Assembly (NCBI GenBank): GCA_038087875.1
Contig: CM075990.1
Span: 15,316,001-15,380,000, forward strand
Direction: 5' to 3'
DNA length: 64,000 nucleotides
From: Malacoraja senta
Taxonomy: Eukaryota
This document shows, piece after piece, positions 1 through 12,077 of this stretch (within the stretch, counting starts at the first letter, position 1; every line of letters starts with the position of its first letter). A model generated the notes under the pieces. It had not been told where the DNA came from, ran no database searches, and was given only the letters and a program-made list of their open reading frames with translations. The position numbers were made by a program, and so were the translations under genes.

Positions 1-240
1 GTTGTGCGAGATATCGCGCGGCGCTCCGAAATTTTGTAGCGAACAAAATCTTCGCCCGCCAACGGCCTGTCGCGTAACTGACGGCCAAAGTGGGACAGGC
101 CCAAGACCCTGGCGCGATGCAACGTCTCACCTCCAACAGCAGCAGAAGCAGGCAAACGATCGTCGAACTCGACCTGGGGCTCACGTCCGTTGCGGTCCGG
201 ATCTGCCCCCACTTCTACTCCCAGAGCGGGGCCAAGAAAA

Positions 241-440
241 TTGAAGATAGACACAAAATGCAGGAGTAACTCAGCGGGACCGGCAGCATCTCTGGAGAGA
301 AGCAATGGGTGACGTTTCGGGTCAGACAATGGGTGACGTTTCAGACTGAAGAAGGGTCTCGACACGAAACATCACCCATTGCTTCTCTCCAGAGATGCTG
401 CCGGTCCTGCTGAGTTACTCCTGCATTTTGTGTCCATCTT
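241..440. mobile_element. Penelope-derived palindromic pLTR fragment with hammerhead motif
   Basis: gatagacacaaaatg...gtgacgtttc arm and its reverse complement. ctgaagaagggtctcgacacgaaacatc at about 347-374. Confidence 0.8.
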
Positions 441-1192
441 ACATAGATACATAGAAAATAGGTGCAGGAGTAGGCCATTCGGCCCTTCGAGCCTGCACCG
501 CCATTCAATATGATCATGGCTGATCATCCAACTCAGTATCCCGTACCTGCCTTCTCTCCATACCCCCTGATCCCTTTAGCCACAAGGGCCACATCTTACT
601 CCCTCTTAAATATAGCCAATGAACTGGCCTCAACTACCCTCTCTGTGGCAGAGAGTTCCAGAGATTCACCACTCTCTGTGTGAAAAAGTTTTTCCTCATC
701 TCGGTCTTAAAGGATTTCCCCCTTATCCTTAAGCTGTGACCCCTTGTCCTGGACTTCCTCAACATCGGGAACAATCTTCCTGCATCTAGCCTGTCCAACC
801 CCATAAGAATTTTGTACGTTTCTATAAGATCCCCTCTCAATCTCCTAAATTCTAGCGAGTATAAGCCAAGTCTATCCAGTCTTTCTTCATATGAAAGTCC
901 TGACATCCCAGGAATCAGTCTGGTGAACCTTCTCTGCACTCCCTCTATGGCTATAATGTCCTTCCTCAGATTTGGAGACCAAAACTGTATGCAATACTCC
1001 AGGTGTGGTCTCACCAAGACCCTGTACAACTGCAGTAGAACCTCCCTGCTCCTATACTCAAATCCTTTTGCTATGAATGCTAACATACCATTCGCTTTCT
1101 TCACTGCCTGCTGTACCTGCATGCCTACTTTCAATGACTGGTGTACCATGACACCCAGGTCTCGCTGCATCTCCCCATTTCCTAATCGGCCA
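441..1192 (-). mobile_element. CR1 (HER1-like) LINE, 5'-truncated, young
   Basis: ORF2 C-terminus VRPHLEYCIQFWSP...LYSLEFRRLRGDLIETYKI...RGHSLRI...FFTQRVVNLWNSLP, a (tatctatg)n-type tail, and TSD CCATCTT at 434-440 and 1193-1199. Confidence 0.95.
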
Positions 1193-1337
1193 CCATCTTC
1201 AAATGATGTCACGCGCTCCAGACGGCTGTGCGGGCGCATGAAGTCGTGAGCGACCTTCGCGGGACCATCGCGCCTCAACGCGACCACGAGGTCGCGTAAT
1301 TAGCATCCCAAGGACACGTAAGTGGGACAGGGGCTTT

Positions 1338-1420
1338 AGTGTGCGGGCGATCGCTGGTCGACATGGACTCGGTGGGCCGAAGGGCCTGGTTCCACGTTGT
1401 ATCTCTAAACTAAACTAAAA
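1338..1420 (+). mobile_element. HE1-type SINE 3' end
   Basis: gatcgctggtcg...gggccgaagggcctg...tctctaaactaaactaaa tail, shared with the full copies. Confidence 0.85.
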
Positions 1421-2994
1421 ATGTGCAGAAATATATATATTTCAGTTTGAATTTATGTGCATTTGTAGGAAGACATAATTATCTTTCTTTCATTGGAAAG
1501 CTTTAGTGATGAATCATGACAATTCATGTTCCATGTCCAACCCCAGATGAGGTTGCCTTGAGAATTTACATAGTAGATTTAAATTTGGACTTGCAAAGCT
1601 AAATTAAATAAATGGAGTATTAAAAATCTTTGTGGTATGAAAGATCACAAGGAGACATGATCCAAGTAGTGAAATTGATGGATAATTACAAATCTAAATG
1701 TTATTTGATACAAACTATTGTCAAACGGAAGGACAGAAGTGCTTAGTTACCAAGCTTTAAGTGAGAGTAGAATTGAGTTTTAATGCCTGCAATATAATAC
1801 AGACATTAGAAGATTTGAAGGCATGAAGTTCAGTCCTTTGAACGGACATAAATATTATTCCCTATCTCATCTGGCTCAGGGTGTTTCATCTATAATTTGA
1901 TTGGAATGGTTTAATTAGGTTGTAATGTTATATTATCATGTTGGATTGCTGCAACATTACCTTTTGATGGTCTGATTTTGTGAGGGTTAGGTAAGAAAGC
2001 GGGAAGGTGATCAGTTACTGTATGAAGATTCATTCAATGATGATTCATTGCCCCCTGAGTCCAGGGCATCCTCTGCAATCTGTTGCATTTCCAAAAAATA
2101 CAAATGAAAAGATACCTGTGCTTTCAATGGTTTGATTTGAAAACATTTCATTTTCAAAGCCTCGCAAATTTCACTACATTAATCTGCTTTTATTCCATGT
2201 AATATCTATCTGATATACTATTTCACTGTACTGTTGGTTATTTTTATAGGATTGAAAGAGTTGGCAGGACAGACTGATTAGGCTATCGAGTTATTTCAAT
2301 CTGTAGAGAAAAATGTAGTGCCTTGTACCGTTCTGGGCTTAAGATAAGGATAGGTGGGTGTTGAGCCAGTTGTCATTATCTCCAGCCAGCCCAACATAAA
2401 ACTGATACATTTCAATCTGTGGGAAGTATCTACATTTAGCTCGCTAGTTTCAAATTAATGAATAAATTATTCATACATCTGTTCGGAATTGTAAAAACGT
2501 CTTGGGAAATGTGTACAAGCTGTACAAGCCTTCCACTTGTATACTAGCAATACTAGGCAATTTCATGAAAATCTTGGCACAATAACACCATGTAAAATGA
2601 AAGCTGCTGGGACCGGTCCCAATACTCTGCCAAACCGGTCAAGGATAAATAGTGCAGAGTACTATGGAAGATATAAAATTATTGCTTGAGTTACTGTTTG
2701 GGATGGAAGAAAGATACTTTGCTAAATGTTTCCTTATGGCAAAACTAATGGAGGAAAGAGCTTGATGGGTCTAGGAATATTTCATACCACGATTGTGGTT
2801 TCTCACGGCATGCAGAGCAAACAAAAAAGAACATTACAGATATTTTGAGATACATTTTAATATTTTTATTGCGGAACCACAAGGAGCAGTAGTGAAGTGG
2901 GAAATCTTGGAAAATGAACTCTTTGATCACGGGTACATGTAGAAATGGAAGGGTATAGATCATGTACAGGCTGTTTGGGATTAGTTTAATGGAG

Positions 2995-3190
2995 ACACAA
3001 GGAACTGCTTGTTGCTGGAATCTGGCGTACCACACAAAATGCTGAATTAACTCGACAGATCAGGCAGCATCTCTGAAGATAGACACAAAAACCTGGAGTA
3101 AGTCAGTGGGTCAGGCAGGATCTCTGGAGAAAAGGAATAGGTATAGTCGAGGCCCTTCTTCAGACTGACAGTCAGGGGCACCTCTGGAGA
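2995..3190 (-). mobile_element. Penelope-derived pLTR fragments (two tandem, degenerate)
   Basis: ggaactgc...gctgg, gatagacacaaaa...ggcaggatctctggaga...cccttcttcagactga. Confidence 0.7.
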
Positions 3191-4066
3191 TCAGTTTACC
3201 TTGGCATCAAATGCAAACACAGACGTTGTGGGCCGAACGGTCCATTCCTGTGCTGTACAGTTTTATATTCTATACCACAGGTAGGTAGTTACTGTAGCTA
3301 CAAATTATGGCAATGAGGTGATTATGCAATTCTCCTATCAATCCAACCCACTCATCACAGTGAGGTAAGTAGCTGAGATTAACTTAATGTGTATAATTGC
3401 ACTCACTGATTCTTCAATAGACTGTTGACTGAATGACAACTGGGAATGCCTGAAATACTCAGCAGGTCAGGCAGCTTTTCTGGAGTCAGGAATAAAGTGA
3501 ACAATTCAAAGATCTCTCATCATCAGAACTGATAAAGGTCATCAAGCTGAAACATTAACTCTGTCTCTTCTTTCCACCCAGAGCTCTTGACCTGAACACT
3601 TACAGCATTTTGTGCTTTTTATTTCAGATTTCCAGCATCTGCAATATTTTTTGTCAATTGAGCAACTTGGCTCATGAATCGCAGGTTCCCATCCCAAACT
3701 CATGGGAGGACACAATCCTGGCAAAGGAATATACCGCTGAATTATCAACACATCATTTCTGTTGCACTCAATTAATGAAAATGTTGTTTGATACCCTTTG
3801 TGCCGCCAACAATCCTTCATTCACACAACAGTTGCTCCTGAAGAGGGTATTAATATTTAAACAGGGACTGGCTGAGCAAGACGTTTTGAATACTGTTGCT
3901 TCAACGTTAATAAAATGGGAATCATTTTATATCCTCAATTTCATTTTTTTTTTTTAAAGCACATCATCTCTCACTTGAATTCTCAGCCCTCAAAATGGCC
4001 ATAAACTTCATGCATATGGACAGAGCTAACTTTACAAAACATGACTTGATTATTAATGCAGAGTTG

Positions 4067-4372
4067 TGGGCCTGTCCCACTGTACGAGTTCACCCAAGAG
4101 CTCTCCCGAGTAAAAAAAACAAACAAACTCGTGGTAAGCACGTAGAATGTACGTCGGAGCTCGGGACGTTTCTTAGCGGCTCGTAACGCTAACGGCAGGT
4201 ACTCAGGAAACGCAGTAAGCTCGGAATGACTCGTGAAGATTTTTCAACACGTTGAAAAATGTCCACGAGAGCCCCGAGTACCTACGAGCGGCTATTACCG
4301 TAATTCTCTGAGTTCGAATTAGGGGAAACTCGGGAGAACTCTTGAATTAGCTCGTACAGTGGGACAGGCCCA
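4067..4372. mobile_element. PIF/Harbinger MITE
   Basis: TIR tgggcctgtcccactgtacgag / ctcgtacagtgggacaggccca, with flanks ttg and tta. Confidence 0.88.
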
Positions 4373-4539
4373 TTAGTCGCAACATATTTAACGCACATAT
4401 CGGAAACTATCAAAGCAAATATTTTCAATCCTAGCACCATTGCAATGGTTGAATGGTGGGGAAGAAATCCTTCCACGACCAAATATTTAAGGCGCAAGGC
4501 TTGCCTTATTGTACGCAAGTTCTAATCACAGAGCTGTTA

Positions 4540-4856
4540 AGGGCCTGTCCCACTGTACGAGCTAATTCAAAAGTTCTCCTGAGTTTCCCCTGATTCGAAC
4601 TTGGAGAATTACGGTAATAGCCGCTCGTAGGTACTCGGGGCTCTCGTGGACATTTTTCAACATGTTGAAAAAACTTCACGAGTCTTCACGAGCTTACCGC
4701 GTTTCCCGAGTACCTGCCGTTAGCGTTACGAGCCGCTAAGAGACGTCCCCGAGCTCCGACGTACCCGCTACGTACATTCTACGTACTTACCACGAGTCTG
4801 ATTTTTTTTAAACTCGGGAGAGCTCTTGGGTGAACTCGTACAGTGGGACAGGCCCT
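4540..4856. mobile_element. PIF/Harbinger MITE, same family, inverted relative to 4067-4372
   Basis: TIR agggcctgtcccactgtacgag. TTA TSD at 4537-4539 and 4857-4859. Confidence 0.9.
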
Positions 4857-4949
4857 TTACTTGTGAGGAGTCTTGTACATGAGCATTCAGTTAAGGGACA
4901 ATAGCCTGCTAATTTTCGCTGTTTTAAACCAGCTTACGCGAAAGAGACT

Positions 4950-5070
4950 TTATTGTCCTGATGCAGGGTTTGATTTGAAACGTCGACTATTGCTTCCCCC
5001 ACCACAGATGCTTGCCGACCTACCGAGTTCATCCAGCAGATTCAGATTCCAGCAGTCTCCTGTGTCTCTG
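4950..5070 (+). mobile_element. Older Penelope pLTR fragment with degenerate hammerhead
   Basis: attgtc-ctgatgca-gggt..tttgaaacgtc-gactat followed by cacagatgcttgccgacctaccgagttcatccagc. Confidence 0.65.
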
Positions 5071-5174
5071 GCCTCTACTGATTCCGTTAGCAAAATTCAT
5101 CTCATCAGTCCCAACCTATAAAACTCCACCGGTTTCTGTGAAACCAGCTCCTAAACACACATCTGAAAGAAAAA

Positions 5175-5372
5175 TGTTTAAGGAGGAACTGCAGATGCTG
5201 GAAAATCGAAGGTAGATAAAAATGCTGGAGAAACTCAGCGGGTGTGGCAGCATCTATGGAGCGAAGGAAACTGGCAACGTTTTGGGTCGAGACCCGAAAC
5301 TTTGCCTATTTCCTTTGCTCCATAGATGCTGCCTCACCCGCTGAGTTTCTCCAGCATTTTTGTCTACCTTCT
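5175..5372. mobile_element. Penelope-derived palindrome
   Basis: aggaactgcagatgctgg...ctcagcgggtg...catctatggagcgaagg and its inverted copy. Confidence 0.8.
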
Positions 5373-6786
5373 GAAAGAAATGTTGTATTTTTGTTCTCCT
5401 GGTGAAATATCTGCTCCTTTCCACATGTAATTTTATTTTTGCCTTTTTTCTTACTCAGCCATCAATTTCCTGCAGCTCCAGAAAATCTGTGGAGTAAAGC
5501 GGAGGGAAAAACAGAACTCCATTTCTCTCAGTTTATCGGCAAACATATAATACTTACGGCAGTGATTAATGGTGACAAGCTAAAAAGTTCCATACCACAC
5601 TATACCATGCTGGGAAAAACGTGAACTTCATATTTTTGGCACAAGTGTGTTCAAAGTTATGGTGTGTCAGAACTTTTTTCATTATTTTCAGAGTTTTTCC
5701 AAAGAGGAATGATACAATACTCACATGTCATAATGATTAGCTTGGAATGACCTCGATATAGTTTAGACATCTGAGTTCTATTCTAGTGTTACCAACATGT
5801 TTTTAGTTGTGCCAAAAGTTTGAGCAGGTCGGTATTTCCTTTCGAACATCAAAATGAAGACATTTATCATGGAGATTTATCATGGGACAGACATCCAGAT
5901 GGTCTGGGTATTTTAGCTGCAGCTCTGGCATGGGTCTGATTGGACTCATGTCATTGCCTAGTTAGAATCTAATATATCAGCTATTCCAGGGAAGTGCTTG
6001 ACTTTCTTTGAGTAATGTAGAAATATTAATGTCCTGGCAGATGTGAAATAGCTTGTCAGTTTAAAGGAAAACCAAGCCATACCCAATTACCCTTAATTAT
6101 GTTATAATTAGAGTATGATTTGTGTTATAAAAATTGCTGGCTCTGAGAAATATTTATCCCAATAAATCAAATTTAATATATATTAAAATGGAAAAACCCT
6201 TGTAATGCAATGTATATTGATAAAAAGAGGGGAGAGAAGATGCAAAATATCATATCTAACGTTCAGAGAGAAAGCAATAATCTCTCTGATTGTGATAATT
6301 ATGTTGTCAACTGGAAATTAAATTTTGTTAATTAGTGTTAAACAACATGTATGGTTATGGCTGTCATGGAATTTGTACATTCCAGTTTTGAACGAACGGT
6401 ACATCATCTCTCATCATTCTAATAAATAAGGACAACTCATTTCTATTTCAGGATTTGATTGGGTGATCACTTTTGACATGTAATGTCACTACAAGATGAT
6501 ACAGTTCACCGAATCCAATTTTAACTGTTGATTTCAGGATATTATGATTTCATTCTGTAACATCCTTCATTTTATTCGGAACTAGTGACTAAAATAGTTT
6601 AAAAGGTAATGGTTAACCTTTGTGCTGGCACCGACTTTCACCATTACAAAGAAAAATGTTTATTTAATAAGATTCCAAGAATAATTCAAAGATAATGGCT
6701 ACCTTTTGCCTTTCTGAAGGCAAGTATCTTCAGAGCGACTTATAAAATAAATCTGTTCCAGGAACATAAGTTGAGGATAGGTTTAA

Positions 6787-7109
6787 GGGTGGCGCGGTGG
6801 CACAGCGGTAAAGTTGCTGCCTTACAGCGCTTGCAGTGCTGGAGACCCGGGTTCGATCCCGACTATGGGTGCTGTCTGTATGGAGTTTGCACATTCTCCC
6901 CTTGACCACGTGAGTTTACTCCGAGATCTTCGCTTTCCTCCCACACTCCAAAAATGTACAGGTTTATAGGTTGATTGGCTTGGTATAAGTATAAATTGTC
7001 CTTAGTGTGTGTGGGATAGTGTTAATGTGCGGGGATCGCTGGTTGGCGCTGACTCGGTGGGCCGAAGGGCCTGTTTCCACGCTGTATTTCTAAACTAACC
7101 TAAACTAAA
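6787..7109 (+). mobile_element. HE1-type tRNA-derived SINE, full length
   Basis: A box tggcacagcgg, B box ggttcgatccc, central gtttgcacattctccc...ttcctcccacactcc domain, and (taaac)n tail. Confidence 0.9.
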
Positions 7110-7598
7110 AATGAAGCGGTGTTGGCTTTGTATTGTTGCATGGTGTGAAGTGTAATTTTAGGGAGGAATCACTTCAGTTGCATTTAACTTATTTTAATAT
7201 TATAAAAGTCATGAGTCCGCAGTGCTGGCTAACTGCATCTTGAAAGTGAGATTTGTTAAAGCTAACAGCCCACAAAATAAAATCATTGAATGATGCAGCA
7301 CAGAAGAACAAGTGGTCCATTGGTGCTGCCTTGGATCATCAAAGGAACAAATTTATTAGTCCCATTATCCTAGCCTGGCCTGGTAGCCATGCACCCATTT
7401 CCTTATCCGGGGGGGGGGGGGGGGTATTTGGAATGAGCTGCCAGAAGAGGTACTTGAGGCAGGTATGCTAACAGTATTTCATAAGTTCATAAGATATAGG
7501 AGCCAAATTTGGCCATCAGCCGATCAGGTCTACTCACCATTCAATCATGGCTGATCTATCTTTCCCTCTCAACCCCATTCTCCTGCCTTCTCCCCATA

Positions 7599-8124
7599 CA
7601 TAGATACATAGATACATAGAAAATAGGTGCAGGAGTAGGCCATTCGGCCCTTCGAGCCTGCACCGCCATTCAATATGATCATGGCTGATCATCCAACTCA
7701 GTATCCCGTACCTGCCTTCTCTCCATACCCCCTGATCCCTTTAGCCACAAGGGCCACATCTAACTCCCTCTTAAATATAGCCAATGAACTGGCCTCAACT
7801 ACCCTCTGTAGCAGAGAGTTCCAGAGATTCACCACTCTCTGTGTGAAAAAGTTTTTCCTCATCTCGGTCTTAAAGGATTTCCCCCTTATCCTTAAGCTGT
7901 GACCCCTTGTCCTGGACTTCCCCAACATCGGGAACAATCTTCCTGCATCTAGCCTGTCCAACCCCATAAGAATTTTGTACGTTTCTATAAGATCCCCTCT
8001 CAATCTCCTAAATTCTAGCGAGTATAAGCCGAGTCTATCCAGTCTTTCTTCATATGAAAGCCCTGACATCCCAGGAATCAGTCTGGTGAACCTTCTCTGC
8101 ACTCCCTCTATGGCTATAATGTCC
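7599..8124 (-). mobile_element. CR1 (HER1-like) LINE, 5'-truncated, near-identical to 441-963
   Basis: ORF 7698..8147 IEGVQRRFTRLIPG...GYGEKAGTGY*. Nested in an older CR1 3' end (about 7480-7598); possible TSD CCATA. Confidence 0.95.
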
Positions 8125-8198
8125 TTTATGGCCATAACCTCCGACATCTAGTCAAGAAAGTTTAAATGACACTTGGACATATATATGGATAGGAAAGG

Positions 8199-9070
8199 GA
8201 AAAGTGGGCGGCGCGACTTTCGTCTGCAGCGGCCTCTGCAGTCCGTCTGTCTTTTTATTATTTTTGTCTTGTTTTTATGTAGTTTTTTATTTTATTTTTT
8301 TGTCGGGGTATGTGTGTGGGGGGGTGGGGGTGGGGGTGGGGGGGGGAAACTTTGAAATCTTTCCGCTGCACGGGAGACCCGACCTTTTCTTTGTCGGGTC
8401 TCCGTTGTCGTTGGGGCTGGGCAACGTGGAGCGGCCTCCAGCAGGAACGACCTGGGGCTCCCGTGGAGCTGCGGACTACTCACCGTCGCGAGGCTGGCCG
8501 AGTCCGGAGCGGGTGGAGCTGTGGTGCAGACAATCGCTGCTGCTACCCGACCGCCGGAGATTTGGAGGCTACAACCGCGGGTCTGGCGGACGGCAACACC
8601 GGAGGCCCGCGGGTCCCCTGGTGGGAGACCGCTTTTCGGGGCTTCCGCAGCGGCGACTTCTCCCGCCCGAGTTGCGGGGTTGAAGCACACCTGGAGCGGG
8701 GCTTTATCCCCCCGCGCGGCTTGGAATGGCCACCGGACTTTGCGGGCGCGCGCCGGGGCTCTAACACCAAGACCCGGTGCGCGACCTTGCATCACCCGGC
8801 GTGGCTTTAATGGCTGCGGGACAATCACCATCGCCCGCCGGGGGCTTTGACTTTGACTCTGACATCGGGGGGGGGGGGAGTGCAGTGGAGAGATACGTTT
8901 TTTTGCCTTCCATCACAGCGCTGTGATGGATGTATGTGTAAATTGTGTTGTGTCTCGGGTCTTCTTCGTTTTGTATTGTATGGCTGCAGAAACGACATTT
9001 CGTTTGGACCTCAACGGGGTCCAAATGACAAATTTGTCCAAAAGACAAATAAATTGAATTGAATTGAATT
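8199..9070 (+). mobile_element. Unclassified CpG-rich non-autonomous retroposon, copy 1
   Basis: TSD GAAAGG at 8193-8198 and 9071-9076. AATAAA plus (GAATT)n tail. Second copy at 52625-53479. Confidence 0.85.
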
Positions 9071-9565
9071 GAAAGGTTTAGAGGGCTCTAGGCGAAACGT
9101 GGGCAAATGGGACTATCTTAAAGGGCATCTTGGTCGGCATTGACAAATGGGGCGGGAGGTCCTGTTTCTGTGTTGTATGACTCTGAGTGTATATCCAGCT
9201 TCCTTTGGAGTGCCACAATTCACCCACTCAGACAGAGTACGCCAGAGCTAGTGGACATGTACCTTTCCAAAATCAGCTTTAGCCAATTTGCTCAAGTTGC
9301 TCTTGGTGCCAGGCAGTCACGCGATGAGCCCTTCCACCACCATCCCATGTCAGTTCAGTGGGCGTGTTGATGCGGGTCTCAGAGAGTAGTGAGCTCCACA
9401 CCAAAGTACAGCAAGAATATTTCACGCACCCCACCTGCTCCCTCGGCTGCCTGGTCCAGTAAGTCTCCAACCTTCATTCTCAGTCACTCTGACAGGCAGC
9501 AGGCAGGCTCACTTTGTGCTGACGTTAAATGCTAAATAGCGTTTAAATTCCATCAAACAGAGTTA

Positions 9566-9866
9566 TTTAGTTCAGTTTAGTTTAGACATAAAGCGCAGAA
9601 ACAGGCCCTCTGGCCCACCGAGTATACACCGACCAGCAATCCCCGCACACTAACAATGTCCTACACACCAGGGACAATTTCCATTTTTACTTGACCTACA
9701 AACCTGTACCTCTTTGGGGTGTGGGAGGAATCTGGAGCACCCAGAGAAAACCCCACGCTGGACACAGGGAGAAGGTGCAAACTCTGCACAGACAGCACCC
9801 ATGGTCAGGATCGAACCTGGGTCTCTGGCGCTGTTAGGCAGCAGCTCTACCTCAGCGCCAATGTGC
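9566..9866 (-). mobile_element. HE1-type SINE
   Basis: Reverse complement of the 6787-7109 element. Confidence 0.88.
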
Positions 9867-11768
9867 TTCTTGCACAGAGCAAGCCCCCCCCCATCCCTGC
9901 CACCAACCTCCCCAGCAGATGAATCATGGTTTTTTTGACCTGTGACAGAGCAAGCATTAAACACTCCTCTCCACACAGATTATGTTTCCAAATTTTGGTT
10001 ATCAGGTCTGAAGAAGAAAATTACATTGCCTTGCGTATGACACCACAGCTTAATCACGTTGCCTCATATCTCAGCTAGAAAATACAATCATGTAGTTAAG
10101 TACATAATATACTGGGAGCCTCAGCATCGTGTATTTCTATAATTAGCTTTGTCAGGCTCTGGACCTACAACCTTTATGCAGATAATATGATAATATGTCT
10201 TCATAACCAGATGACCTTACATGCACAATATTTCTCTCCTTATGAAGATTGCATGTCAATAAAGTAATTGACTATCGGAGCCTTTGCCAAGTGAGGATGC
10301 ATGATTGGACTTCCAGAGCAGTGATGTACAATCATTACTATTCTATGTGTCAGGGATCCATACACGAGCTTCTGATGGCCACACAGTGACATGACTGGGA
10401 ATTACGCACAGAGAGAAGGGAGCACATAGGAACGATATCTTCCAGTCAGATGAGGTATTCCTTGAGTGATCTCCCTTTTCTATCAATGTGACACTAGGTT
10501 TGGAGCTAACAGTTATCGGTGTTGATAGGCACGCCCCATGCAGTGAGCCAAACATGGTTGTTTTGATCCCTTATTCCTTTTTTCTCCCATCCCTTTTCGC
10601 TGTTTTCCGTCACAGTGTCATGTTAAATCAGCGTTTGGTGGCACAAGGCCGGGCCCTCAGGTACCGAGGTATCAGGCTTCCGACGGCATTATAAAACGAA
10701 TGTAATAACGTCAACCAAAAAGTAGTGCAGACCACTTATCAGACCGGGTGACGTCTAATGAGTGTTGTTTGTGGGTTTTCTTTTGGGCACAAAACCAGGC
10801 TCTCGTCCTGCAGTCCTGCAGGTGTGGATTATGCTGTTGGGGAGTCCAGTTACGGGTAACGTTGGCAGATTACTATTGATGTCTGTCACTTTGTAGATGT
10901 CATGTTGCTTATCTGGGAAGCATGGCGTTCTGGGTGCACGCTGCACAGTCGTGCAGGGAGAAAAAAAAAATCTATAAAACACAGACATTTGGGTCAAACA
11001 GTTGATGTAAATCCGGTTGCCCTGAGAGATTTCTGTTAACGAGCGTGTCAAATTAATGGTTTTGCTGAAATGGTCCACGCTGACTGATGGATGTAACTGG
11101 AAGCAGTGCATTATAAGAGAAAAAACAACTGCCACATTGCTGAAATTTATATCCTCAGGTTCAAAATAATTAACATGCATTACCAAATAAATTGAAAAGA
11201 GAATGATTATCAGGGTTTCACATCTTTGCTTGTAAAATAAAACTGCAATAGAATGTTTACTGCTACACTGGTTATTAATGAAGTAAATATATTATCTTTA
11301 ATTTGCAATGTTATGCGCTTGGAGAAAATTAAGTTAGTGCTCCATGGAATGATTAGGATTAAGTGGAGTGCATGAATTCACTTTTAGTTTATTTATTTTC
11401 TCATAAAGTATTGACATTTCAATATATTATTGCTGTTGTGTTATTATTGTCTGTTATCGCAATGTCATTTCTGCTTTATTAATGAGTCCAGTCATCACCT
11501 AACTAAAGTAAATATTAATTTTGTACAGCTTCAAGTGCAATGTTTGGCTTGTACACCTTTTGTCCCTGCATTTGAGTACCCAAACTAGATTAATGCATCA
11601 CTGTATTAAAGAGAGTGCGTTACATGATCGGAGGCTTTGGATTTATCTGGTAAAGTGAACATCCATGCAATGTTTGGAAATTGATCAAAAAAAGAATTGT
11701 CGGCTAATGTTTCTTCCTAAACCAAAACTGGCAAAAAGGAGATTAGCCCGGCGGTTATTCGCTTACTA

Positions 11769-12077
11769 TTTAGTTTACTTTAGAGATACAGCGCGGAAAC
11801 AGGCCCTTCGGCCCACCGAGTCCGCACCGACCAGCGATCCCCGCACATTAACGCTATCCTGCACACACCAGGGACAATTTACAATTTTACCAAAGCCAAT
11901 TAACCAACAAACCTGTACGTCTTTGGAATGTGGGAGGAGACCGGAGATCCCGGAGAAAACCTATGCAGGTCATGGGGAGAAGGTACAAACTTCGTACAGA
12001 CAGCACCCATAGTCAGGATGGAACCTGGGTCTCTAGAGCTGTAAGGCAACAACTACCGCTACGCCACCATGCCGACC
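11769..12077 (-). mobile_element. HE1-type SINE
   Basis: Reverse complement of the SINE consensus. Confidence 0.88.

Larger units (their letters stand above)
1..1335. mobile_element. PIF/Harbinger-type MITE (left end outside window) carrying nested insertions
   Basis: Right TIR agtgggacaggggct at 1321-1335 followed by TTA. Internal TIR copy at 89-102. CpG-rich body. Confidence 0.7.
7420..9190 (+). mobile_element. Old CR1 3' end split by three later insertions
   Basis: Pieces tggaatgagctgccag (about 7430), tttaaatgacacttggac...ggataggaaagg (8161-8198) and tttagaggg...gtatgactct (9077-9184) are colinear with the CR1 3' consensus seen elsewhere in the window. Confidence 0.7.

Noticed and set aside
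6787..6865. tRNA-like A/B boxes
   Set aside because: These are SINE heads, not tRNA genes. They continue into SINE body and tail.
8204..9062. Overlapping 70-190 aa ORFs here and at 52658-53497
   Set aside because: GC-rich repeat that is stop-poor in several frames, with frames shifted between the two copies and no recognisable domain.
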